Shown: positions 1 to 6,579, counted from the first letter of the stretch. The stretch: DNA of 27,930 bases from Gemmatimonadota bacterium (GCA_050114895.1 JASFRP010000001.1:1-27930); one strand, 5' to 3'. Notes: a model not told the origin generated them from the sequence alone. Made by a program: numbers and translations.

Positions 1-2
1 TT

Positions 3-902
3 CGTCGCCTGGAATCGCCGGAGGGGCTTCATCCGCTGGATCTGGACCCGGAGCCAGAAGCCGATCCACCCTTCGAGAGCAGCATGACCCGGGAAGAATT
101 CCAGCGGGCAGTGGAACGGATCAGAGAGCTCATTCGGGCGGGAGACGCCTTTCAGGTGGTTCTCAGCCAACGTCTGGGAATGTCCTTCCAGGGACGGCCC
201 TTCGACCTGTACCGGGTCCTGAGGACGGTGAACCCTTCCCCGTATCTCTACTACCTGGAGTTGGATGGACTGACCCTCGTGGGCAGCTCCCCGGAGGTTC
301 TGGTGCGAGTGGAAGACGGAACGGTGACGGTCCGTCCCATCGCGGGAACGAGACCGAGGGGGAGGAATGCCGAGGAGGACCGGGCCATGGCTGCCGACCT
401 CCTGGCTGACGAGAAAGAGCTTGCGGAACACCGGATGCTCGTGGACCTGGGGCGGAACGACGTGGGTCGTGTCGCTCGCTTCGGGTCGGTCAGCGTCCCG
501 GAGCTCATGGTGGTGGAGCGGTATTCCCACGTCATGCACCTGGTGAGCCAGGTGGAGGGGGAGTTGAGGGATGGGCTCTCCGCCATGGATGTCTTCAAGG
601 CGTGCTTCCCTGCCGGCACCGTGTCGGGTGCTCCGAAGATCCGGGCCATGGAGATCATCGACGATCTCGAGCCGGTGAAGCGGGGGCCGTACGCGGGGGC
701 GGTGGGGTATTTTTCCTACGGAGGGTTGAACATGGACACGGCCATCACCATCCGGACCGTGGTGGTGGCGGGGTCGCGGGCCTTCGTCCAGGCCGGAGCG
801 GGGATCGTGGTGGACTCGGATCCGACCCGGGAGTATGAGGAGACCCTGAACAAAGCCAGGGCCCTCCTCAGGGCCGGATCCATGGTACCGTCCGGCTCCT
901 AG
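3..902 (+). CDS. trpE: Anthranilate synthase component I, C-terminal part (5'-truncated by window edge)
   Basis: Frame is open from position 3 (RRLESPEG...SSMTREEF). Chorismate-binding domain motifs [16 protein letters not shown] (TrpE-type, not the PabB-type PAPF/Y), [44 protein letters not shown]. Confidence 0.92.
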   Translation, partial: RRLESPEGLHPLDLDPEPEADPPFESSMTREEFQRAVERIRELIRAGDAFQVVLSQRLGMSFQGRPFDLYRVLRTVNPSPYLYYLELDGLTLVGSSPEVLVRVEDGTVTVRPIAGTRPRGRNAEEDRAMAADLLADEKELAEHRMLVDLGRNDVGRVARFGSVSVPELMVVERYSHVMHLVSQVEGELRDGLSAMDVFKACFPAGTVSGAPKIRAMEIIDDLEPVKRGPYAGAVGYFSYGGLNMDTAITIRTVVVAGSRAFVQAGAGIVVDSDPTREYEETLNKARALLRAGSMVPSGS

Positions 903-2263
903 CCACCGAGCTCCGCGTAGAACCGGGACACAGCTCGGATCCCCTTCTCGAAGTTCTCGAGGGGAATCCACTCGTTCGGGGCGTGCATGTTGGCTCCGGG
1001 AGGGGCAAACCCCATGAGAAGGACCGGCGCCTCCAGGATTTCCTGGAAGTCCACCACGATGGGGATGGATCCGCCCTCACCAGTGAGGACGGGGGGTTGT
1101 CCGAAAGCCTCCGCCAGAGCTCTGCGGGCCGCCTCGAAGAACGGCCCTGTCAGCTCCGCTTTCCAGGGCCTTCCCCCGTGCAGTTCCCGGATTCGCACCT
1201 TCACCTCGGGAGGGGCGACACGGGATACGTGGGTCTCCAGCAACTCCTTCACGCGCTCCGGCCTCTGGTTCGGCACCAGGCGGAAGCTGACCTTGGCCAT
1301 GGCACGGGCGGGAAGCACGGTCTTCGCCCCTTCTCCGACGTATCCACAGAGCAGACCGTTCACGTCGCAGGTGGGTCGGATCCAGATGCGCTCCAGGAGA
1401 CTGAATCCCTCCTCTCCGTTCAACCCCGGCGCTCCCACTTCACGCTTGAACCCCTCCACGTCGAAAGGCAGCGCCTGCAGTGCATCCCGGGTTCCCCGGT
1501 CCCACTCCAGGACGTCGTCATAGAACCCGGGGATGGAGATGCGGCCGTCGGGGTCTTTCAGGGACGCCACGATGTTCGCCAGGACGTTCCCGGGATTCAC
1601 CACGGCCCCGCCGTACGTACCCGAATGAAGATCACCACCGGGACCCTGAACGTGGATTTCGAAATACGCCAATCCTCGGAGAGAGAAGAGGAGGGAGGGG
1701 AGGCGCTGGGCGAACATGGAGGAATCGGAGATCACCACCGCATCGCAGGCGAGGCGGTCCTTGTGAGCTTGCACGAAGGGAACCAGGCTCGGGGAGCCGA
1801 TCTCCTCCTCCCCTTCCGCCAGGACGACGACATTCACAGGAAGGCGTCCTGCACCCCTCAGCTGCGCTTCCAGCGCCTTGATATGCAGAAAGAGTTGGCC
1901 TTTGTCGTCGGATGCTCCCCGAGCGAAGAGATTCCCGTCCCGGACCGTGGGCTCGAAGGCCGGAGAGTGCCACTCCTCCAGCGGCTCTGGAGGCTGAACG
2001 TCGTAGTGTCCGTAGATGAGGAGGGTGGGGGCTTCGGGGCCTGCCTCTCGCCATTCCCCCAGGACCACCGGATGTCCCGGGGTCTCCATCACCGAAGCCT
2101 CCAGGCCCGCGTCTCGTAGCCGGTCTGCCACCCAGGTGGCGGCGGCACGGACGTCCGGAGCGTGCTCCCCTCGGGCGCTGACGGAGGGGATGCGAAGGAA
2201 CTCGAAGAGCTCGGCGCGGAAACGAGAAAGCTCACCGTCGATGTAGGCCTGAACGTCTGCCAT
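899..2263 (-). CDS. M20/M25/M40 family metallopeptidase (dipeptidase, ArgE/DapE-like), 454 aa
   Basis: Metal-binding motifs [30 protein letters not shown] and C-terminal NMHAPNE. Confidence 0.92.
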   Translation of the reverse strand: MADVQAYIDGELSRFRAELFEFLRIPSVSARGEHAPDVRAAATWVADRLRDAGLEASVMETPGHPVVLGEWREAGPEAPTLLIYGHYDVQPPEPLEEWHSPAFEPTVRDGNLFARGASDDKGQLFLHIKALEAQLRGAGRLPVNVVVLAEGEEEIGSPSLVPFVQAHKDRLACDAVVISDSSMFAQRLPSLLFSLRGLAYFEIHVQGPGGDLHSGTYGGAVVNPGNVLANIVASLKDPDGRISIPGFYDDVLEWDRGTRDALQALPFDVEGFKREVGAPGLNGEEGFSLLERIWIRPTCDVNGLLCGYVGEGAKTVLPARAMAKVSFRLVPNQRPERVKELLETHVSRVAPPEVKVRIRELHGGRPWKAELTGPFFEAARRALAEAFGQPPVLTGEGGSIPIVVDFQEILEAPVLLMGFAPPGANMHAPNEWIPLENFEKGIRAVSRFYAELGG

Positions 2264-2361
2264 GGGTCTTCTCCCGTGGGGTTGGGAACCGATATTCGGG
2301 ACTGGACACGGAAGCTCGGCCCGAACCGCGATCTTCCGGCTGCCTCCTCCCGGCAGAGGTC

Positions 2362-2390
2362 AATCTAGAGGCCTGTTGAAACTTTTTCAC
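2362..2390 (-). promoter_or_regulatory. Possible sigma70-type promoter for the dipeptidase gene (GTGAAA-N17-TAGATT)
   Basis: Minus strand: -35-like GTGAAA (2390-2385), 17-nt spacer, -10-like TAGATT (2367-2362), ~100 nt upstream of the ATG at 2263. Overlaps the divergent ECF-type promoter. Confidence 0.3.
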
Positions 2391-2402
2391 CCTCCTCGCG
2401 TA
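2377..2402 (+). promoter_or_regulatory. ECF sigma-type promoter TGAAAC-N16-CGTA
   Basis: TGAAAC (2377-2382), then a T-tract and a 16-nt spacer, then CGTA (2399-2402). This is an exact match to the B. subtilis sigma-W-type consensus. It is intergenic and points into the structured region. Confidence 0.6.
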
Positions 2403-2408
2403 CGGAGC

Positions 2409-2703
2409 AAAGCCGGGGAACGAGGCTACTTTCCCCGACCGGAAATATGGGTATCCGCTCCAGGCAACCATTCGTGGCCGGGGCTCGTCATACAGGATGC
2501 CGGAGGGGTGCGGGGAGTGGGATGGGTCCGGTGCTGTAATCACGCGGGCTCGTTGGCGTAAGCTAGAGAGTCAGCGACGCGGAGTTCGGCGCGTAATCCG
2601 AACAGGAGGGGCTGGTCACCTCTCCTTAACCCAACTTCCACGGGGTGCCTCCGTGGGGGACGAGAAAAGGCGGCGACCCATGCGGGTCGTCGTCTTTCTA
2701 TTT
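2409..2703 (+). ncRNA. Putative stand-alone structured ncRNA of unrecognised family (5' end ~2409 or ~2496; structured core 2543-2703)
   Basis: Consecutive hairpins: CGCG+UCGUUGGC/GUCAGCGA+CGCG (2543-2581), GUUCGG/CCGAAC (2584-2603), AGGAGGGG/CCUCUCCU (2604-2626), CUUCCACGG/CCGUGGGGG (2635-2659), then a terminator (2666-2703). G-U wobbles in four stems pair only on the + strand. No credible CDS. ECF-like promoters lie upstream. Confidence 0.6.
2666..2703 (+). terminator. Intrinsic terminator of a + strand transcript
   Basis: AAAGGCGGCGACCC-ATGC-GGGTCGTCGTCTTT followed by CTATTT. Its two G-U pairs become A-C mismatches on the - strand. Confidence 0.75.
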
Positions 2704-2803
2704 CAGGGCGGGGGAACCCTGCGCGGTGGGGTAGTGGAAAGCCGTCACTGGCCGAAAAGGGGGAGTTCACCCGGCACCGGATCGCGAGACGGGGGGCCGT
2801 CGC

Positions 2804-3082
2804 TCAGATGAGGCCTCTGATTCCCCAGCGGTAGATGCAGGTGAAGAGTGTGGCGAGGACGGCGGCTCCCGCCATTCCACCGCCGCTCAGGGCAAGCGGG
2901 TCCTCGAAAGCGAAGATGCCGACCCCCAACATCCCACCGATCACGGCAGCGAACGCACCCAGGGTCACCAGGATCGCGGTATGGCCAGGCGTGGCTTCGG
3001 GCCGCCTGATGAGGGCTTTCATGGCCAGGCCGATAAGGCTGCCCATCACGATCCAGACGCCTACTCCGATCCAGTTCTCCAT
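2804..3082 (-). CDS. GlsB/YeaQ/YmgE-like (transglycosylase-associated) small membrane protein, 92 aa
   Basis: Three Gly-rich hydrophobic segments with the family pattern WIVMGSLIG...LGAFAAVIGG...GGMAGAAVLA. Downstream of pspA on the same strand. Confidence 0.7.
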   Translation of the reverse strand: MENWIGVGVWIVMGSLIGLAMKALIRRPEATPGHTAILVTLGAFAAVIGGMLGVGIFAFEDPLALSGGGMAGAAVLATLFTCIYRWGIRGLI

Positions 3083-3191
3083 CGGATCCCGTTGAGGTTG
3101 AGGTCCTGGTGTGGAAGCGGAAGAGAATCTACCCGGTTTCCTTTGCCTTCACTAGGAGGTGGTTCCAGGCGTCGGGAGAGACGATCCCCCC

Positions 3192-3848
3192 TCAGTCCTT
3201 TCCCATCATCCTCTTCAGCTCCCGGAGCTTCGCCTCCGCCTCCTCTTCCGGTGAGAGGCCCCCGGGGGGCGGGCCCGCCCCTGGCGAGCCGAGGTCTGCC
3301 AGAAGCTCCTCCTCCGCTTCTCGCTGGTGGTCTATCCCTTCGATCTTCTCCGCCACTCGATCCAGCTGGGCAAACAGGTCATCGGCCTCGGTCATGGAGC
3401 TCCGTGCCTCCGCCCTCCCTTTGGTGGCGGTCAAAGCCTCCCGCTTCGCCTTCGCCTCCTTGAACTGAGCCATCATCTCCTTGACTTCTGTCCTCTTCAG
3501 CTCGAGCTCAGCCCGAAGGGCCAGGGCTTTTTGCTGCTGTATGGTCTTCCTCTTTTCGTGCTTCTCCGCGAACTCGGCGGCGACTCTGGCCGTCTCCTCG
3601 TCCCCAATGCGGCCGGCCATGGCCTCCCTGCGCCTGCAGGTAGCCACTTCCTTCTCCTCGAGCTCCGCCAGCTGAAGGGCCTTCTTGATCTGCTCTTCCA
3701 GGGTGTGGGCTTGAGCCTGAGCGTCCGTCAGCTCCTCCTGCATCTGGTGGAGAAGCCGATCCACGACGTCCGGGACCTCGTCCCTGTTGAGCTCGTCCTT
3801 GAAGTTGTCCACAGCCTCTTTGAATGCTTGCCGAAGGTTCTCAAACAT
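3192..3848 (-). CDS. pspA: PspA/IM30 family coiled-coil protein (bacterial ESCRT-III-like), 218 aa
   Basis: N-terminal amphipathic helix MFENLRQAF, long Ala/Glu/Lys coiled coil with AGRIGDEETARVA and AKREALTA segments, FAQLDRVAEKI, Pro/Gly linker, C-terminal EAKLRELKRMM helix. Confidence 0.85.
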   Translation of the reverse strand: MFENLRQAFKEAVDNFKDELNRDEVPDVVDRLLHQMQEELTDAQAQAHTLEEQIKKALQLAELEEKEVATCRRREAMAGRIGDEETARVAAEFAEKHEKRKTIQQQKALALRAELELKRTEVKEMMAQFKEAKAKREALTATKGRAEARSSMTEADDLFAQLDRVAEKIEGIDHQREAEEELLADLGSPGAGPPPGGLSPEEEAEAKLRELKRMMGKD

Positions 3849-3914
3849 GACCGCTGGCTTCTCTCCCTGGAGGTTGTCTGGGAAGCAGATTGGGCCTGTC
3901 GCCTCGATGCCTGG

Positions 3915-3942
3915 AAGTTAGCACGGGGAAAAACCCAAACAA
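3915..3942 (-). promoter_or_regulatory. Possible sigma70 extended -10 promoter for pspA (TTGTTT-N16-TAACTT with TGn)
   Basis: Minus strand: TTGTTT (3942-3937), 16-nt spacer ending in TGC, TAACTT (3920-3915), ~65 nt upstream of the pspA ATG. The -35 overlaps the U-tract of the sigma-gene terminator. Confidence 0.4.
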
Positions 3943-3980
3943 AGAAGAAGGGCCCGAAAGCAATCGTGGCTTTCGGGCCC
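3937..3980 (-). terminator. Intrinsic terminator downstream of the ECF sigma gene
   Basis: Perfect 12-bp stem GGGCCCGAAAGC/GCTTTCGGGCCC (3950-3980) with a 7-nt loop, followed on the - strand by TTCTTCTTTGTTT. Confidence 0.8.
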
Positions 3981-4021
3981 CCGCGGGCTTCGCCTCCACC
4001 GCCTGTCGTGGGTGGAGAAGC

Positions 4022-4651
4022 TCAGTTGAGAAGTGCTTCAATCCTCTGTGCGAAGGAGCTTCTTGCACGGTGCAGCCGGCTCTTGACGGTCCCGAGGTTG
4101 ACCCCGGTGATGTCTGCGATCTCCTCGTAGCTTTTCCCTTCCAGCTCCCGGAGACGGAAGACGAGACGATGATGCTCGGGGAGCTCCTCCACCGTTTCCT
4201 CCACGATCCGTCTCAGATACCGCTTTCGGTATAGATCATCCGGCCTCATGCGGGAGTCCTCGAACTGCAACGGACGATGATCGTCGTCGAAGCTGTTCTG
4301 AAGCTTCTGGAAGAGCACCAACGGACTCCGGGAACGGTTGCGCAGCTCGTTCTTCGAGAGGTTGCTGGCGATGGTATAGACCCAGGTGGAGAATTTCTTG
4401 GAGGTGTCGAACCGATGAAGATGCCGGGTTACTCGGATGAATGCCTCCTGAACCAGGTCCTGTGCCCGATCCGGGTCTCCCGTCTTGCGAACGATGAAGT
4501 GAACGAGCCTGTCCCGATAACGGTCATAGAGGTGCTGAAATGCACCGGTGCGCCCCTCGATGTGCGCAGTCACCAACTCCTCGTCCGTGAGCTCGGCCAG
4601 CGGCCGAAGGTCCCTCAGCTGTTCCTGATCCAACAGATCCAGGTGGGCCAT
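4022..4651 (-). CDS. ECF-type RNA polymerase sigma factor (RpoE/SigW-like), 209 aa
   Basis: Region 2: AQDLVQEAFIRV, FSTWVYTIASNLSKNELR. Region 4: VFRLRELEGKSYEEIADITGVNLGTVKSRLHRAR. No region 3. Confidence 0.93.
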   Translation of the reverse strand: MAHLDLLDQEQLRDLRPLAELTDEELVTAHIEGRTGAFQHLYDRYRDRLVHFIVRKTGDPDRAQDLVQEAFIRVTRHLHRFDTSKKFSTWVYTIASNLSKNELRNRSRSPLVLFQKLQNSFDDDHRPLQFEDSRMRPDDLYRKRYLRRIVEETVEELPEHHRLVFRLRELEGKSYEEIADITGVNLGTVKSRLHRARSSFAQRIEALLN

Positions 4652-4683
4652 GTGGGCTTCCTCTCGGAGAAATCGAGACCGTC

Positions 4684-4709
4684 TACGTCGCTATAAACAA
4701 AAGTTTTCG
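4684..4709 (-). promoter_or_regulatory. Candidate autoregulatory ECF promoter of the sigma gene (CGAAAA-N16-CGTA)
   Basis: Minus strand CGAAAACTTTTGTTTATAGCGACGTAGA aligns with the 2377-2402 motif (GAAA, T-tract, CGTA at the same spacing). Ends 33 nt upstream of the ATG at 4651. Confidence 0.45.
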
Positions 4710-4931
4710 AACCAGAGGAATTTTGAGTTTAAAATATGTCAGGTTCGGGGGCAGAGATCAAGAGGGGGGGGCTGGCGGAACGTCCCTCCGCAGGGAACCA
4801 CGGTGCCGGGCCCACGAAATCCGTTGCTCACGGCGGAGAGAAGGAAGAACTTGAAAGTAGAGAGAAAAGGTGCTCGGGCCATCCCCGGATGCCCGGCGAA
4901 AGGCCGTCAACATCATTCCCCAGGGAGGCGC

Positions 4932-5570
4932 ATGGCAGGAGTGCAGGCTTCCAGAAAGCAGAGGGTTGCGGCCGTGGTGGGCCTTTCCCTTCTGGAGGTG
5001 ATCCGCATTCGCGATCTGCCCTCGGAGATTCTGGGCTCGGAGAACCCGTCCCAGACCATGCCCAGGAGGCTTGGGCTGAGCGATGCCGTGGAACAGCAGA
5101 TCCGGCGTTTCAAGGCTGAGGCCAGGAGGCGCGGGGGCATCTCCGACGACGAGGTGAGGGCACTCTTCGGTCTGGTGCTCCGCCGCCCCGATGCGCAGGA
5201 GGTCTTCTTTCAGACTGGTGAGGTGCTGGGAGGAAAGGGGGTGGGGGACCGGAGAGGTCGAAGGTGGTATCCGGAACGCATCGGCTACGCAATTGCCCGC
5301 CGACGGGTGGAGAGGCGGTTTCGAAGCTTGTTCGGCCGGTGGGTGGGAGGGTTCGCTCACGGCCCCTTCGTCATCGAAGCCAGCGGACACTTCCTGTTGG
5401 AGATGGATCCGAAGGGACACGCCTGCTCACTCCTCTCGGGTTTCGCCCAGACCATTCTCTCTCGGCACCTTTCCCGGGCCGTGAGGGTAGCCCATCCAGC
5501 GTGCCTCGGGGAAAGGCAGGAGGTCTGCCGTTGGATCGCGTCCGACGGGGATCCGCCGCACCGGGGGTGA
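4932..5570 (+). CDS. V4R-domain (BchJ/4-vinyl-reductase-like fold) hypothetical protein, 212 aa
   Basis: ATG at 4932 with GGAGG RBS (the 4650 start in the ORF track runs through the promoter region). The C-terminus HAC...G...VRVAHPACLGERQEVCRW matches the V4R pattern C...E/HxxC-x-x-G/E-x-x-x-C-x-aromatic. Confidence 0.65.
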   Translation: MAGVQASRKQRVAAVVGLSLLEVIRIRDLPSEILGSENPSQTMPRRLGLSDAVEQQIRRFKAEARRRGGISDDEVRALFGLVLRRPDAQEVFFQTGEVLGGKGVGDRRGRRWYPERIGYAIARRRVERRFRSLFGRWVGGFAHGPFVIEASGHFLLEMDPKGHACSLLSGFAQTILSRHLSRAVRVAHPACLGERQEVCRWIASDGDPPHRG

Positions 5571-5595
5571 ATGCGTTCAACCGATGGAGGGATCC

Positions 5596-6054
5596 ATGAT
5601 TCAGAAGGGGGACGCCGCCCCGGACTTCGAGCTTCCGGCCGACGACGGAGGGCGTGTGAGGCTCGGGGACCTGAAGGGGAGACGTGTCATTCTCTACTTC
5701 TACCCGAAGGACAATACCTCAGGCTGTACGACCCAGGCCTGCGAGCTTCGGGATGCACTCCCGAGAATCGATGAGAAAGGGGCTGTCGGGGTGTCACCCG
5801 ACCCCGTCTCGTCTCACCAGAAGTTCCGGGACAAGTACAGTCTGAATTTCCCCCTCCTCTCCGACCAGGACCACCAGGTCTCGGAGGCCTATGGCGTCTG
5901 GAAGGAGAAGTCCATGTACGGGCGGAAGTACTGGGGGATTGAACGCAGCACGTTCATCATCGATGAAAACGGGGTGGTGGTGGACGTCTGGCGCAAGGTG
6001 AAACCGAAGGGGCACGCCGACAGGGTCGAGGACATCCTCAGCGCGGGGGGCTGA
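5596..6054 (+). CDS. bcp: Thioredoxin-dependent peroxiredoxin Bcp/PrxQ, ~152 aa
   Basis: GDAAPDFEL, LYFYPKDNTSGCTTQAC (CxxxxC), FPLLSD, YGVWKEKSMYGRKYWGIERSTFIIDE. RBS GGAGG before ATG 5596. Confidence 0.93.
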   Translation: MIQKGDAAPDFELPADDGGRVRLGDLKGRRVILYFYPKDNTSGCTTQACELRDALPRIDEKGAVGVSPDPVSSHQKFRDKYSLNFPLLSDQDHQVSEAYGVWKEKSMYGRKYWGIERSTFIIDENGVVVDVWRKVKPKGHADRVEDILSAGG

Positions 6055-6114
6055 GCAGGGGAGGTGGCTCGAGTGGTCCTCGGACCTTACCCCTCAAGAA
6101 GGCCGGTTGGTTCT

Positions 6115-6579
6115 TCACCTCGGATGCAAGGCCTTGTGGGCCTTGAAGGCGCAGAGGTCCTGAACCACGGTGAATCCCCGGGCTCTGGCTCTCGAGGCGA
6201 CCTCATCGGCGCGGATCCCCTCCTGGAGCCAGATCACCGGCTTCTCTCCGCGGCTCATTGCCACCTCCACGATGCGCGCCGCCTCCTCTGACGGACGGAA
6301 CACCAGAACCATGTCCACGGGCTCCGTGACCTCCAGCAAGGAGCCCCTGGCTTCTTTCCCGAGAATCCGGTCCACATGGGGGTTGACGGGAATCACCTCG
6401 TATCCTCGGCCCGCCAGATAGGAGGGGACCCGGCGTGCAGCCTTCTCCGGGTTCCGCGATATTCCCACCACCGCGATGGTCCTGACCGAGTCAAAGATCT
6501 CCCTGACACCCTCCGGGCCGGGGTTCTCCCTGTCGGAGCTTTCATCGATGATGCTCTGGAGTCGGCTCAATGTTTCCAT
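6115..6579 (-). CDS. CoA-binding protein (YccU-like), ~154 aa
   Basis: TIAVVGISRNPEK, GYEVIPVNP, VDMVLVFRPS, VIWLQEGI, VVQDLC. Start taken at ATG 6579. Confidence 0.88.
   Translation of the reverse strand: METLSRLQSIIDESSDRENPGPEGVREIFDSVRTIAVVGISRNPEKAARRVPSYLAGRGYEVIPVNPHVDRILGKEARGSLLEVTEPVDMVLVFRPSEEAARIVEVAMSRGEKPVIWLQEGIRADEVASRARARGFTVVQDLCAFKAHKALHPR

Noticed and set aside
2451-2462. THF-riboswitch-like 3' end GTATCCGCTCCA
   Set aside because: The conserved GAGUAG and GUUAAGUG blocks are missing and no folate gene lies downstream.
2610-2628. rRNA gene fragment
   Set aside because: Only ~19 nt resemble the 16S 3' end and the flanks do not match helices 44/45. Kept only as a mimicry hypothesis.
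2703-2715. FMN-riboswitch-like start TCAGGGCGGGG (and TTCCCCGACCGG at 2431-2442)
   Set aside because: The fragments are in the wrong order, far apart and separated by a terminator, and the remaining conserved FMN blocks are absent.
2497-2811. 104-aa + strand ORF (and short ORFs such as MGPVL at 2522-2539) over the structured region
   Set aside because: No recognisable domain, Arg/Gly-rich composition typical of spurious GC-rich ORFs, and the long ORF runs through a terminator. Ribosome profiling would be needed to rescue any of them.
4757-4807. SAM-I/SAM-I-IV riboswitch look-alike (ATCAAGAG...GGGAACC...GGTGCC) in the V4R leader
   Set aside because: The P3 element is GGGAACC rather than GGCAACC (G-G mismatch, 2-nt loop), no downstream GAT strand closes P1, and the gene is not sulfur/methionine related. 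An Rfam scan would settle it.
4650-4931. N-terminal extensions in the ORF track (4650, 6687, 8327, 9366, 9316, 12559, 14888, 16173, 20808, 23393, 26710 starts)
   Set aside because: They run through promoter or intergenic DNA or overlap neighbouring genes. Downstream starts with an RBS, signal peptide or coupled stop/start fit better.
4932-5570. Photosynthesis gene (bchJ) call
   Set aside because: Only fold-level resemblance; no bch, puf or crt genes in the window.
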